A stretch of 64,000 nucleotides of DNA from Nitrospirota bacterium (GTDB lineage: Bacteria > Nitrospirota > Thermodesulfovibrionia > UBA6902): positions 647-64,646 of the forward strand of contig JACQZG010000009.1 of assembly GCA_016213935.1 (NCBI GenBank). Direction: 5' to 3'. This document shows positions 57,078-64,000 of this stretch, one piece after another; the first letter of the stretch is position 1, and the number at the start of each line of letters is the position of its first letter. Both the position numbers and the translations under genes were made by a program. Under the pieces are notes generated by a model that saw only the letters and a list, made by a program, of their open reading frames with translations, searched no databases and was not told where the DNA came from.

Positions 57078-57911
57078 TTGTCCGGGAGACCTAAAAGGCT
57101 TAATCATCCAAAAAGTGTTTATGTTGTGGGTTTAGTTTTTAAAATTATAACCCTTACGGTTATCATTGCGGTTTTATATCATCTGACCTTGTCGCATCAT
57201 GGCCCAAACCTTCTGACTCCTTTAAAAACAAAGATCGAGGAAAAGCAGAAGTCGGAAATTATGGAAGAAGTACAACATCTTGAAGAACTCGAAGTCCACA
57301 GGCATTTTCATAATATAGCCCCATTTCCGGAGATGCCTGAAAACCTGAGGCCGGTCTGTTTTATATGCCATTCAGATTACCCTCACAGCAAGAGTAAAAA
57401 GGTCAGGGCGATGTTAAATATGCACACCCAATTTTTCACATGTGAGGCGTGCCATTTAGAAGAAGACCCCGGTCTTAAGGTTGTTTTCAACTGGTATAAT
57501 CCACAGGATGAAAATCCTAAAGGGCCTTTTTTCGGCACGGATTATGACTCTGAAACAGGCAATCTCATAACTGTCACGGATAAATTATCAAAGATATCAG
57601 TTTTTTATAAAAAAGGTGATAAATTAGAATCTACGATTCAGATGCAGGATGCCCCGATCGCGATCGATTACATGAAAATCAGGGATAAACTTACTCCTGA
57701 CCAGCGCGATAATGTCAAAAAGAAATTTCATGTAAGGATCAAACCCAAGGGTCATGAATGCAAAAAATGCCACGACAGAAACAGTATTCTTGATTTTAGG
57801 AAACTCAGCTTTTCAGACAACAGAAGGGTTGACCTTGAGCAATTGAATATCACAGGTATGATTACGAAGTATGAAATGTTTTACCTGCCTAACCTTTTTC
57901 AGGGTGAGTAA
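57078..57911 (+). CDS. TM-anchored triheme c-type cytochrome, module A
   Basis: N-terminal TM helix (VVGLVFKIITLTVIIAVLY), then CFICH, CEACH and CKKCH. It starts 1 nt after the upstream stop. Confidence 0.65.
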   Translation: MSGRPKRLNHPKSVYVVGLVFKIITLTVIIAVLYHLTLSHHGPNLLTPLKTKIEEKQKSEIMEEVQHLEELEVHRHFHNIAPFPEMPENLRPVCFICHSDYPHSKSKKVRAMLNMHTQFFTCEACHLEEDPGLKVVFNWYNPQDENPKGPFFGTDYDSETGNLITVTDKLSKISVFYKKGDKLESTIQMQDAPIAIDYMKIRDKLTPDQRDNVKKKFHVRIKPKGHECKKCHDRNSILDFRKLSFSDNRRVDLEQLNITGMITKYEMFYLPNLFQGE

Positions 57912-57975
57912 GAGATTTACAGGGAATATTTAAAGTTCCCTGCAGTCAAGAACTTATTTTGTCGACACCTTTAAT

Positions 57976-58012
57976 GCCTCCCCCTTCGCATGCGAAGGGG
58001 GGGTGTTTCTTC
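57976..58012 (+). terminator. Rho-independent terminator after module A
   Basis: CCTCCCCCTTCGCA-TGCGAAGGGGGGG palindrome followed by TGTTTCTT. A smaller hairpin (CAGGGAA...TTCCCTG) lies at 57920-57942. Confidence 0.6.
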
Positions 58013-58084
58013 CATTGGTTTTTATAATACTGGCTTTATGTTCCTGATTTCTTATTAGGTAGTTACTCTTAGGGAGATTTTCAT

Positions 58085-59005
58085 TTGAGAAACTGTATTA
58101 AGTTTTTATTTTTTATATTCTGTTTGATTGCTGTCAGTTATAACAATGCATTTTCACTGGACTGTGTTAATGCCAGGTTCCTTTTTGACATAAAAGGCGA
58201 TATTGATCAGCCAAGCGATGTTTCCGTAAGCCAGAATGGAGACATCTATTTTGTTGATGGCGTAAATAACCGTATAGTAGCCGTTGATAATTTGGGCCGC
58301 TTTAAATTTACATTTGGCAAGAGGGGATCAGGAAAAGGCGAATTCGACTTGCCTCTGGGTATTGATATTTCTTCTGATGATAAAATTTATATTGCCGATA
58401 CAGGCAATAAGAGGATACAGGTATTTGACCTGGAAGGTAATATATTGACTATGTTCAGCACCGTCCTTGAATCTGACAGAAACACTTCAGAACCTGTAGA
58501 TGTCCTTGTGTCAAAATTTAAGGACTACCTTTATGTTTCTGATAATAATAATCATGAAATTAAGGTGTATGACAGAGGAGGAAGGTTTAAACTTAAATGG
58601 GGAAAATTCGGTGAGGGATACGGCGAGTTCAGATATCCTGCCACCATGTCTGCCAATTCCCTTTCAGAGGTTTTTATTGCGGATGTTATAAATACCAGGG
58701 TTCAAAGGTTTTCTCCCATGGGCGATCACATTAATGATATTGGCGTATGGGGGGTTCACCCGGGTGATTTTTTCAGGCCTAAAGGCGTTTCTGTTTCGAA
58801 AGACGGCTGGGTATTCGTGAGTGACAGCTATATGGGGGTCGTACAGGTCTTTTCATCGGCAGGCAAGTTTGACGGAGTCATATGTGAAAACAATAAAAAG
58901 AAAGTGTTCCGAACTCCGGTAGGCGTTTTTGTAGACAAGGACAGCAGACTCCTCGTTGTTGAAATGAGGGCAAATAAAATTACTGTCCTCAAAATATTGC
59001 AATGA
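58085..59005 (+). CDS. Secreted NHL-repeat beta-propeller protein
   Basis: TTG start and a signal peptide. NHL units (GDIYFVDGVNNRIVAVD, IYIADTGNKRIQVFD, LYVSDNNNHEIKVYD, VFIADVINTRVQRF, VFVSDSYMGVVQVF). Confidence 0.75.
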   Translation: MRNCIKFLFFIFCLIAVSYNNAFSLDCVNARFLFDIKGDIDQPSDVSVSQNGDIYFVDGVNNRIVAVDNLGRFKFTFGKRGSGKGEFDLPLGIDISSDDKIYIADTGNKRIQVFDLEGNILTMFSTVLESDRNTSEPVDVLVSKFKDYLYVSDNNNHEIKVYDRGGRFKLKWGKFGEGYGEFRYPATMSANSLSEVFIADVINTRVQRFSPMGDHINDIGVWGVHPGDFFRPKGVSVSKDGWVFVSDSYMGVVQVFSSAGKFDGVICENNKKKVFRTPVGVFVDKDSRLLVVEMRANKITVLKILQ

Positions 59006-59039
59006 CCTTTCATTTCCTAAGCAACATATTGATTATATT

Positions 59040-61289
59040 ATGCGTTATCTACGCTGTTTAAACGGGTTAGTAATATTTTTTTTTGTTTTTGTTCTGGTTG
59101 CTCCCGATTCATTTGCTCTTGTTGAATCTGCAAGAAGAGATTGTGTCCTTTGCCATATAATGTGGATGGATGATTTCAGGGAGAATAAGGAAACTCTGAT
59201 CGAATGGCAGCCGTCGAATGCACTTAAGAAAGACACACAGGGCGTGGAAAGCTCTGAGGATATATGCTACAGTTGCCATGACGGCTACGTAAGAGATTCA
59301 AGAAACATAACATGGAAATATAACAGACATCCTGTCTTTGTAAAACCTTCCGGCAAGGTTATAGTACCTGATTCTTTTCCCCTGAGCGTCAAGAATGAAA
59401 TTTACTGCGGCACATGTCATTCAGCTCACGGCAAAGGCGCGGCTGCCACGGAAGAACACGCTAAGACATCGCTTTTCAGGGAAGTAAACGTTAATTCCAG
59501 CCTTTGCGAGATGTGCCACCTGGACCAGGCAAATTTCAGAGCATCCAACGGCCATCCAGTTCATTCAAGGGCTATCAAGCTTCCTGATAAACTTTTTGAG
59601 AACGGAGCTGTTTCTGCTTCTGACAAAAATACCGTTATTTGTCAGTCCTGTCATAAAATTCACGGCGCAAAAGGGCAGAAACTTCTTATTGTGGACAATC
59701 AGAACTCTGAATTATGCATAATTTGTCATCAGGAAAAAGAGAGTATATCGGGAACGAAACATGACCTCAGCATCACCCTTCCTGATGTCAAGAACATAAA
59801 GGATAAGTCATTGTCTGAATCCGGCCCGTGCGGGGCATGCCATCTTCCCCATAATGCTGTCGGCAAAAGATTGTGGGCTCGCACAATGGGGAAGGGCAAT
59901 CCGGCTGCACAGATGTGCCTTACATGCCATGACCAGTCTTCCGGCTATAAAATTAAAGGAGTTGGCGAGTTTTCTCATCCTATAGACATAAAACCGGCAT
60001 CAGGAACGCACATTCCTCCGGAATTGCCTCTTTTTTCCTCTGAGGGAGCAAAGACGAAGGATGGGAATGTGCAGTGCTTCACTTGCCATGATATACACAG
60101 ATGGGATCCACAGACTCCTATTAATAAAGGCGGGAAGGACGTGGAAGGCGACTCATCAAACAGTTTTTTAAGAATAAGCAACAGCAGTGGCTCAGGCCTT
60201 TGCATTTTATGCCACGTTGATAAAAAGCAACTGGTTTATTCAGACCATAATCTCGAAGTCACTGCTCCGGAGGAGAAGAATATTCAGGGCGTAAATACCC
60301 GGTCTTCCGGCCCCTGCGGCGCTTGTCATCTTCCGCATAATGCATCTTCATATCGTCTGTGGGCAAGGAATCTTCCCAAAGAAAATATTGCGGGTGAATT
60401 ATGTATCTCGTGCCATAAGAATGAAGGCCCGGCAAAGGATAAACAGTTAGGGAATTATTTTCATCCTGTTAACGTATCTCTCGAAAAATTCAAGATCAGC
60501 ACGGCGCTCCCCTTATTTGATGAAAAAGGAAACAAGACCCAGGACGGAAAGCTTGTATGCATGACATGTCATGACCCCCATGTGTGGAACCCTGACAGTT
60601 CATTATTTATTGAAGAGTATAAATACGCCAATGTCGAGGGAGACGCCACAAACAGCTTTTTACGAAAGCATAATTCGCCTACTTCGGATCTTTGCGAAGC
60701 ATGTCATTTCAAACAGGCTTTTGTTGATGGAACCGATCATGACTTAAATGTTACCGCACCTGATGCAAAAAATCTCCTTGGCCAGACAGTCAAAGAGTCA
60801 GGACAATGCGGGGCCTGCCACCTCGTTCATAACAGCCCTAACAGTTTAAGGTTATGGGCAAGGCCGTATCTGCCGTACATAGAAAAATCGGGTATCATTG
60901 AATCTCTATGCAACAGCTGTCATTCAAAAAATAATATCGCAGGTAATAAGATCCCGGTAATTGCCACGCATCCTGGCGACAAACTGGTTAATAATATAAT
61001 GAGATGTGACCGCGATGACATTGATTACGCCCCATTGTTTGACGTGAAAAGCGGGAACTTTACCAATTACGGCAATATTTCGTGCCCAACATGCCACAAT
61101 GCGCATCAGTGGAGCCCTTTATCAAAGATAAAAGGCATAGGCCAAAACGTGGAGGGCAATGCAACAAATAGTTTTTTAAGGAATGTCAGCTATAGAAACA
61201 TATGTATAGATTGCCACGGTTTTGACGCACTTTTCAGATATAAGTATTTTCATGACCTTGAAGACAGAATTCCTCAAAGGACCCGCTGA
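59040..61289 (+). CDS. 18-heme c-type cytochrome with three internal ~150 aa repeats
   Basis: Signal peptide and 18 CXXCH motifs counted. The block SGPCGACHLPHNA..RLWAR...C(L/I)(T/S)CH occurs three times, and the block ...NSFLR...C..CH...DH(D/N)L(E/N)VTAP(E/D)(E/A)KN also recurs. Confidence 0.8.
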   Translation: MRYLRCLNGLVIFFFVFVLVAPDSFALVESARRDCVLCHIMWMDDFRENKETLIEWQPSNALKKDTQGVESSEDICYSCHDGYVRDSRNITWKYNRHPVFVKPSGKVIVPDSFPLSVKNEIYCGTCHSAHGKGAAATEEHAKTSLFREVNVNSSLCEMCHLDQANFRASNGHPVHSRAIKLPDKLFENGAVSASDKNTVICQSCHKIHGAKGQKLLIVDNQNSELCIICHQEKESISGTKHDLSITLPDVKNIKDKSLSESGPCGACHLPHNAVGKRLWARTMGKGNPAAQMCLTCHDQSSGYKIKGVGEFSHPIDIKPASGTHIPPELPLFSSEGAKTKDGNVQCFTCHDIHRWDPQTPINKGGKDVEGDSSNSFLRISNSSGSGLCILCHVDKKQLVYSDHNLEVTAPEEKNIQGVNTRSSGPCGACHLPHNASSYRLWARNLPKENIAGELCISCHKNEGPAKDKQLGNYFHPVNVSLEKFKISTALPLFDEKGNKTQDGKLVCMTCHDPHVWNPDSSLFIEEYKYANVEGDATNSFLRKHNSPTSDLCEACHFKQAFVDGTDHDLNVTAPDAKNLLGQTVKESGQCGACHLVHNSPNSLRLWARPYLPYIEKSGIIESLCNSCHSKNNIAGNKIPVIATHPGDKLVNNIMRCDRDDIDYAPLFDVKSGNFTNYGNISCPTCHNAHQWSPLSKIKGIGQNVEGNATNSFLRNVSYRNICIDCHGFDALFRYKYFHDLEDRIPQRTR

Positions 61290-61529
61290 AAATCGTAACA
61301 GTTTTGCCTGCCATGCTTAATCATTATGCAATATTTATAAGGTAATTAATTTTTCAATATCAGGTGTATTACCGATATATCAGGCAAGTCATTTTTTTAT
61401 TACAAAATGGCTAATGCATTATCACATAAGAAAAAATAGCGCCATATTTATAACCGCTGAATTCTATCAGCATAATCATATAATAATTTATTATTTCACA
61501 TTAAGTAAGGTTTGTTGTAAAAAAATTAT

Positions 61530-62582
61530 ATGAGCCTAAAAAGAGCTGCAAGGCTTTATATTGTTGGATTTATTTTTATAGTATTGAATTTCTATCCTTC
61601 CAAGAATCTTTTTTCTGCAGATGTCGGCAACTGTCTCTTGTGCCACAAATATCCTGGCTTAAGCAGGATTGACGAGCAAGGCAAAATGAAACTTCTCTAT
61701 GTTAATGAAGATATTTTCAATATCAGCGTTCACTTAAAAGTTAAATGTGAGGGCTGTCATACTGATATAAAAAAGATTCCCCATGACCCTGTGAATAAAG
61801 TAGACTGCCTGGTTGAATGCCATATTGTTGAACCTTCAAGCGAACAGAAATTCTCTCATAAGGATGTTGATAATTATGTTAAAAAGAGTGTTCATGCCGC
61901 GTTAGACAAGTATGGGATGCCGAAGAAATTCAAAGAGGATCTGCCTACCTGCAAAAATTGCCATGACGAGCCGCTATACAGGCCTCTCTCTTTCTTTAAG
62001 CAGGTGCGTCCAGGTATTTCTGAAGCTGCACTCGGCAGGTGCAGGGTATGTCACAAGAAAGAGGATTTTATTATAAGATTTTATAATCATGTTACCACAA
62101 GATTGCACCGCACCAGAAATCCAATCAATATTGCAGAGGTTTGCGCTAGGTGTCATGATGATCCGTTGTTGGTTGAAAGGCATAATCTGGGCACAAGGGC
62201 GGTTTTTTCATACGGAGAGACCTTTCACGGGAAAGCGGCACGCTTTCTTGATGAAAGAGTGCCGGACTGTCTTGATTGCCATGTTAATACAGGCGAATCT
62301 GTCCATCAAATGCTGAGTCATAAAGATTCTGCCGCGATAACCTATCGGGAAAACAAATATCTGGCATGTTCTAACATTGAATGCCATCCCGGCACGTCGC
62401 AGCAATTCGCCAGTTATAAAGTTCACGCGGAATTTAATCTGGACCAAAGCCCGGTGCAATATTATTTCACCCTCTTTTTCATAATTCTCACAGGGGGCAC
62501 GCTCCTGCCGTTGATGGCGATCATATTTTTGGACTTGATAAGAAGGTTATTCCCGGACGCCGTGATACCAAGGAGAAGATGA
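61530..62582 (+). CDS. Octaheme c-type cytochrome with C-terminal TM anchor, module B (paralog of 55085-56161)
   Basis: Signal peptide. Motifs CLLCHKYPGLSRIDEQGK (paralog: CLMCHKYRFLGRIDEHGK), CEGCH, CLVECH (CX3CH), CKNCH, CRVCH, CARCH, CLDCH, CSNIECH (CX4CH). C-terminal TM helix. Confidence 0.7.
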   Translation: MSLKRAARLYIVGFIFIVLNFYPSKNLFSADVGNCLLCHKYPGLSRIDEQGKMKLLYVNEDIFNISVHLKVKCEGCHTDIKKIPHDPVNKVDCLVECHIVEPSSEQKFSHKDVDNYVKKSVHAALDKYGMPKKFKEDLPTCKNCHDEPLYRPLSFFKQVRPGISEAALGRCRVCHKKEDFIIRFYNHVTTRLHRTRNPINIAEVCARCHDDPLLVERHNLGTRAVFSYGETFHGKAARFLDERVPDCLDCHVNTGESVHQMLSHKDSAAITYRENKYLACSNIECHPGTSQQFASYKVHAEFNLDQSPVQYYFTLFFIILTGGTLLPLMAIIFLDLIRRLFPDAVIPRRR

Positions 62583-62586
62583 AGAC

Positions 62587-63420
62587 ATGGAAAAGTATCC
62601 TCTTATAAAAACGATAAACGGGCGCAGGTATTTTTATAGGTTTTCATTGAATCAGAGGGTGCAGCACATAATACTTGCCTTATCAGTAATTATACTCGTG
62701 TTAACCGGAATGCCCCTGAAGTTTCATAATGCTGGCTGGGCTCCTTATCTGTATAAAATATTCGGAGGGATAAAAGCCGCTCCCATTGTGCATAAAGCGG
62801 CAGGCAGCATCCTTCTTATCCTCTTTGCTTATCATATAATTTATCTCGTTTATGTAATTTATAAATATCAAATAGTCCCTTTGAGAGATAAGGAACGGCG
62901 TCTCACTTCGGGCATGATCTTGAAGTTACTCGCGACTCAGCCGCTGGTTCCGAATATGAAAGATGCGAGAGACATAAGGGATCTCATGACATATCTTCTT
63001 TATTTTACAAATAAAAGGCCTGACGGCGATGCTTTTACATGGAAGGAAAAGTTTGATTACTGGGCGCCTTTCTGGGGTATGGTAGTAATTGGGCTGTCAG
63101 GCCTTATAATGTGGAATAAAGTGCTTGCGACAAAGATCGTACCAGGCATTGTCATTAATTTCTCTTTGATTGCTCACAGCGATGAGGCACTTCTTGCGGC
63201 GCTTTTTTTATTCATATGGCATTGGTATAATGTTCATTTTTCAATTTCGGTTTTTCCAATGGGGATGGTCTTTATAACGGGTTATTTGCCCGAAGAGCTG
63301 ATGATTGAGGAACATTATGAATATTATGTCAAAATCATGAAGCAGGCCGGGCTGGACAATGAAATACGCCCTCCGCACGGAGCACATTCAGAACTTTCTA
63401 CAGACGAGGCAGAGAAATAA
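62587..63420 (+). CDS. Membrane di-heme cytochrome b, module B (paralog of 56187-57077)
   Basis: TM helices with His ligands (RVQHIILALSVIIL, IVHKAAGSILLILFAYHIIY, LFIWHWYNVH). Confidence 0.7.
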   Translation: MEKYPLIKTINGRRYFYRFSLNQRVQHIILALSVIILVLTGMPLKFHNAGWAPYLYKIFGGIKAAPIVHKAAGSILLILFAYHIIYLVYVIYKYQIVPLRDKERRLTSGMILKLLATQPLVPNMKDARDIRDLMTYLLYFTNKRPDGDAFTWKEKFDYWAPFWGMVVIGLSGLIMWNKVLATKIVPGIVINFSLIAHSDEALLAALFLFIWHWYNVHFSISVFPMGMVFITGYLPEELMIEEHYEYYVKIMKQAGLDNEIRPPHGAHSELSTDEAEK

Positions 63421-64000
63421 TGAAAAACATTTTTTACAAATTATATGTCGTAGCTTTTATGTGTTTAACGGTGTGGTTCATCGTAATTATCTGGAATGTC
63501 ACTTTTCATCATGTTATTGAAGAATACGAGAACCGTAAAGAGCTTGAAGAAGTCGCAACCATAAAAGAACAGAAAAAACGAGAAGCGGAAAAAACCAAAT
63601 TCGAGAGAATAATACTTCAAAGCGAAGAAAGGGTCAAGCATTATCTTGGTTACAGGGTGATCGAGGAGCAGAGAATCGAAGGCCATTTTCATCATATCGG
63701 TTTTGATATTGGCCCTGACAACAGATCGTACTGCATAAGATGCCATGGGGATATGCCGCATGATAAGGTCAGAGATCTTAGGGCGTTTCTTAATATGCAC
63801 GCATTCTTCATCGCCTGTCAGACATGTCATGTAAAGACCGAAGGAAGAGGCCCCAGAGTTTACAAATGGTACGACAGAAAAACAGGCGAGTTGGTACCAA
63901 GCCCTGTGCTGACATACAGAGCCGGCACGTATAATGCAAAAATTATTCAAATCGAGAACACAGGTGTCGGAGAGCCTCAACGGGTTGACTCACAGGAGCG
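63420..64000 (+). CDS. TM-anchored c-type cytochrome, module B, 3'-partial at window end (paralog of 57078-57911)
   Basis: ATG overlaps the upstream TAA. N-terminal TM helix (LYVVAFMCLTVWFIVIIW), then CIRCHGDMPHDKVRDLRAFLNMHAFFIACQTCH, paralleling CFICHSDYPHSKSKKVRAMLNMHTQFFTCEACH. It is absent from the ORF track because no stop is reached. Confidence 0.65.
   Translation, partial: MKNIFYKLYVVAFMCLTVWFIVIIWNVTFHHVIEEYENRKELEEVATIKEQKKREAEKTKFERIILQSEERVKHYLGYRVIEEQRIEGHFHHIGFDIGPDNRSYCIRCHGDMPHDKVRDLRAFLNMHAFFIACQTCHVKTEGRGPRVYKWYDRKTGELVPSPVLTYRAGTYNAKIIQIENTGVGEPQRVDSQE

Noticed and set aside
63465-63980. 171-aa minus-strand ORF in the track
   Set aside because: It is antisense to a far more convincing + strand partial gene (63420 to beyond 64000, TM anchor plus two CXXCH, paralog of 57078-57911). 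That gene is missing from the track only because it has no stop inside the window.
1-64000. CRISPR arrays, transposases, integrases or prophage genes
   Set aside because: No direct-repeat/spacer periodicity and no recombinase-like ORFs were seen. The tRNA pair is not followed by an integrase.

Overview
The left half of this 64 kb window is ordinary chromosome; the right half is a dense, single-strand island of c-type cytochrome genes that looks like an extracellular electron transfer system. Its leading genes are OmcS-like nanowire cytochromes.

Left ~29 kb, mixed housekeeping and signalling:
- A cAMP module: two class-III cyclase-domain proteins (one CHASE2-linked), a metallo-beta-lactamase (MBL)-fold phosphodiesterase-like gene and a Crp/Fnr regulator, followed by a NYN-domain nuclease.
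- Fatty-acid synthesis genes split over two loci: fabD alone, then fabG-acpP-fabF with rnc.
- purM/purN, asd, leuB-family, an MtaD-like deaminase, a UDP-xylose synthase and tRNA-Glu/tRNA-Gln.
- c-di-GMP parts: a PilZ gene downstream of GspB-like and GspA/ExeA-like genes, and an HD-GYP gene.
- A small peptidoglycan-recycling block: a possible DUF1460 gene, ampG and rlpA.

Right ~35 kb (29.2 kb to the window end):
- Starts with a histidine kinase whose periplasmic sensor carries a CXXCH heme motif, a sigma-54 (NtrC-type) response regulator, and two tandem O-antigen-ligase-family membrane proteins transcribed divergently.
- From ~36.1 kb every gene is on the + strand and noticeably more AT-rich by eye.
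- Three paralogous OmcS-like hexaheme cytochromes with the N-terminal CxxCHTMHNS motif, a conserved C-x5-CH site and the C-terminal CLSCH(R/K)AHAS motif; the third copy has an in-frame TAA inside a heme motif.
- NHL and YVTN beta-propeller proteins, a ~746 aa putative outer-membrane beta-barrel, a family of small lipoproteins and a SurA/PpiC-like lipoprotein.
- A 26-heme lipoprotein cytochrome built from 13 doubled-CXXCH units, plus 16-heme, 18-heme, octaheme, heptaheme and monoheme cytochromes.
- Two duplicated three-gene modules: an 8-heme cytochrome with a C-terminal TM helix, a di-heme cytochrome b, and a TM-anchored small cytochrome c. These look like Cbc-type quinol oxidoreductases.
- About 115 heme-binding motifs in the island overall, including CX3CH, CX4CH, CX5CH and one CXCH variant.
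- Two candidate sigma-54 -24/-12 promoters (upstream of the first OmcS-like gene and of an orphan receiver gene) and a pair of perfect stem-loops between OmcS-like paralogs.

No CRISPR array, transposase or integrase was recognised. Motif calls were read directly from the translations; family names (OmcS, Cbc, Paired-CXXCH, Tll0287-like, YVTN) are recalled from knowledge and need database confirmation.
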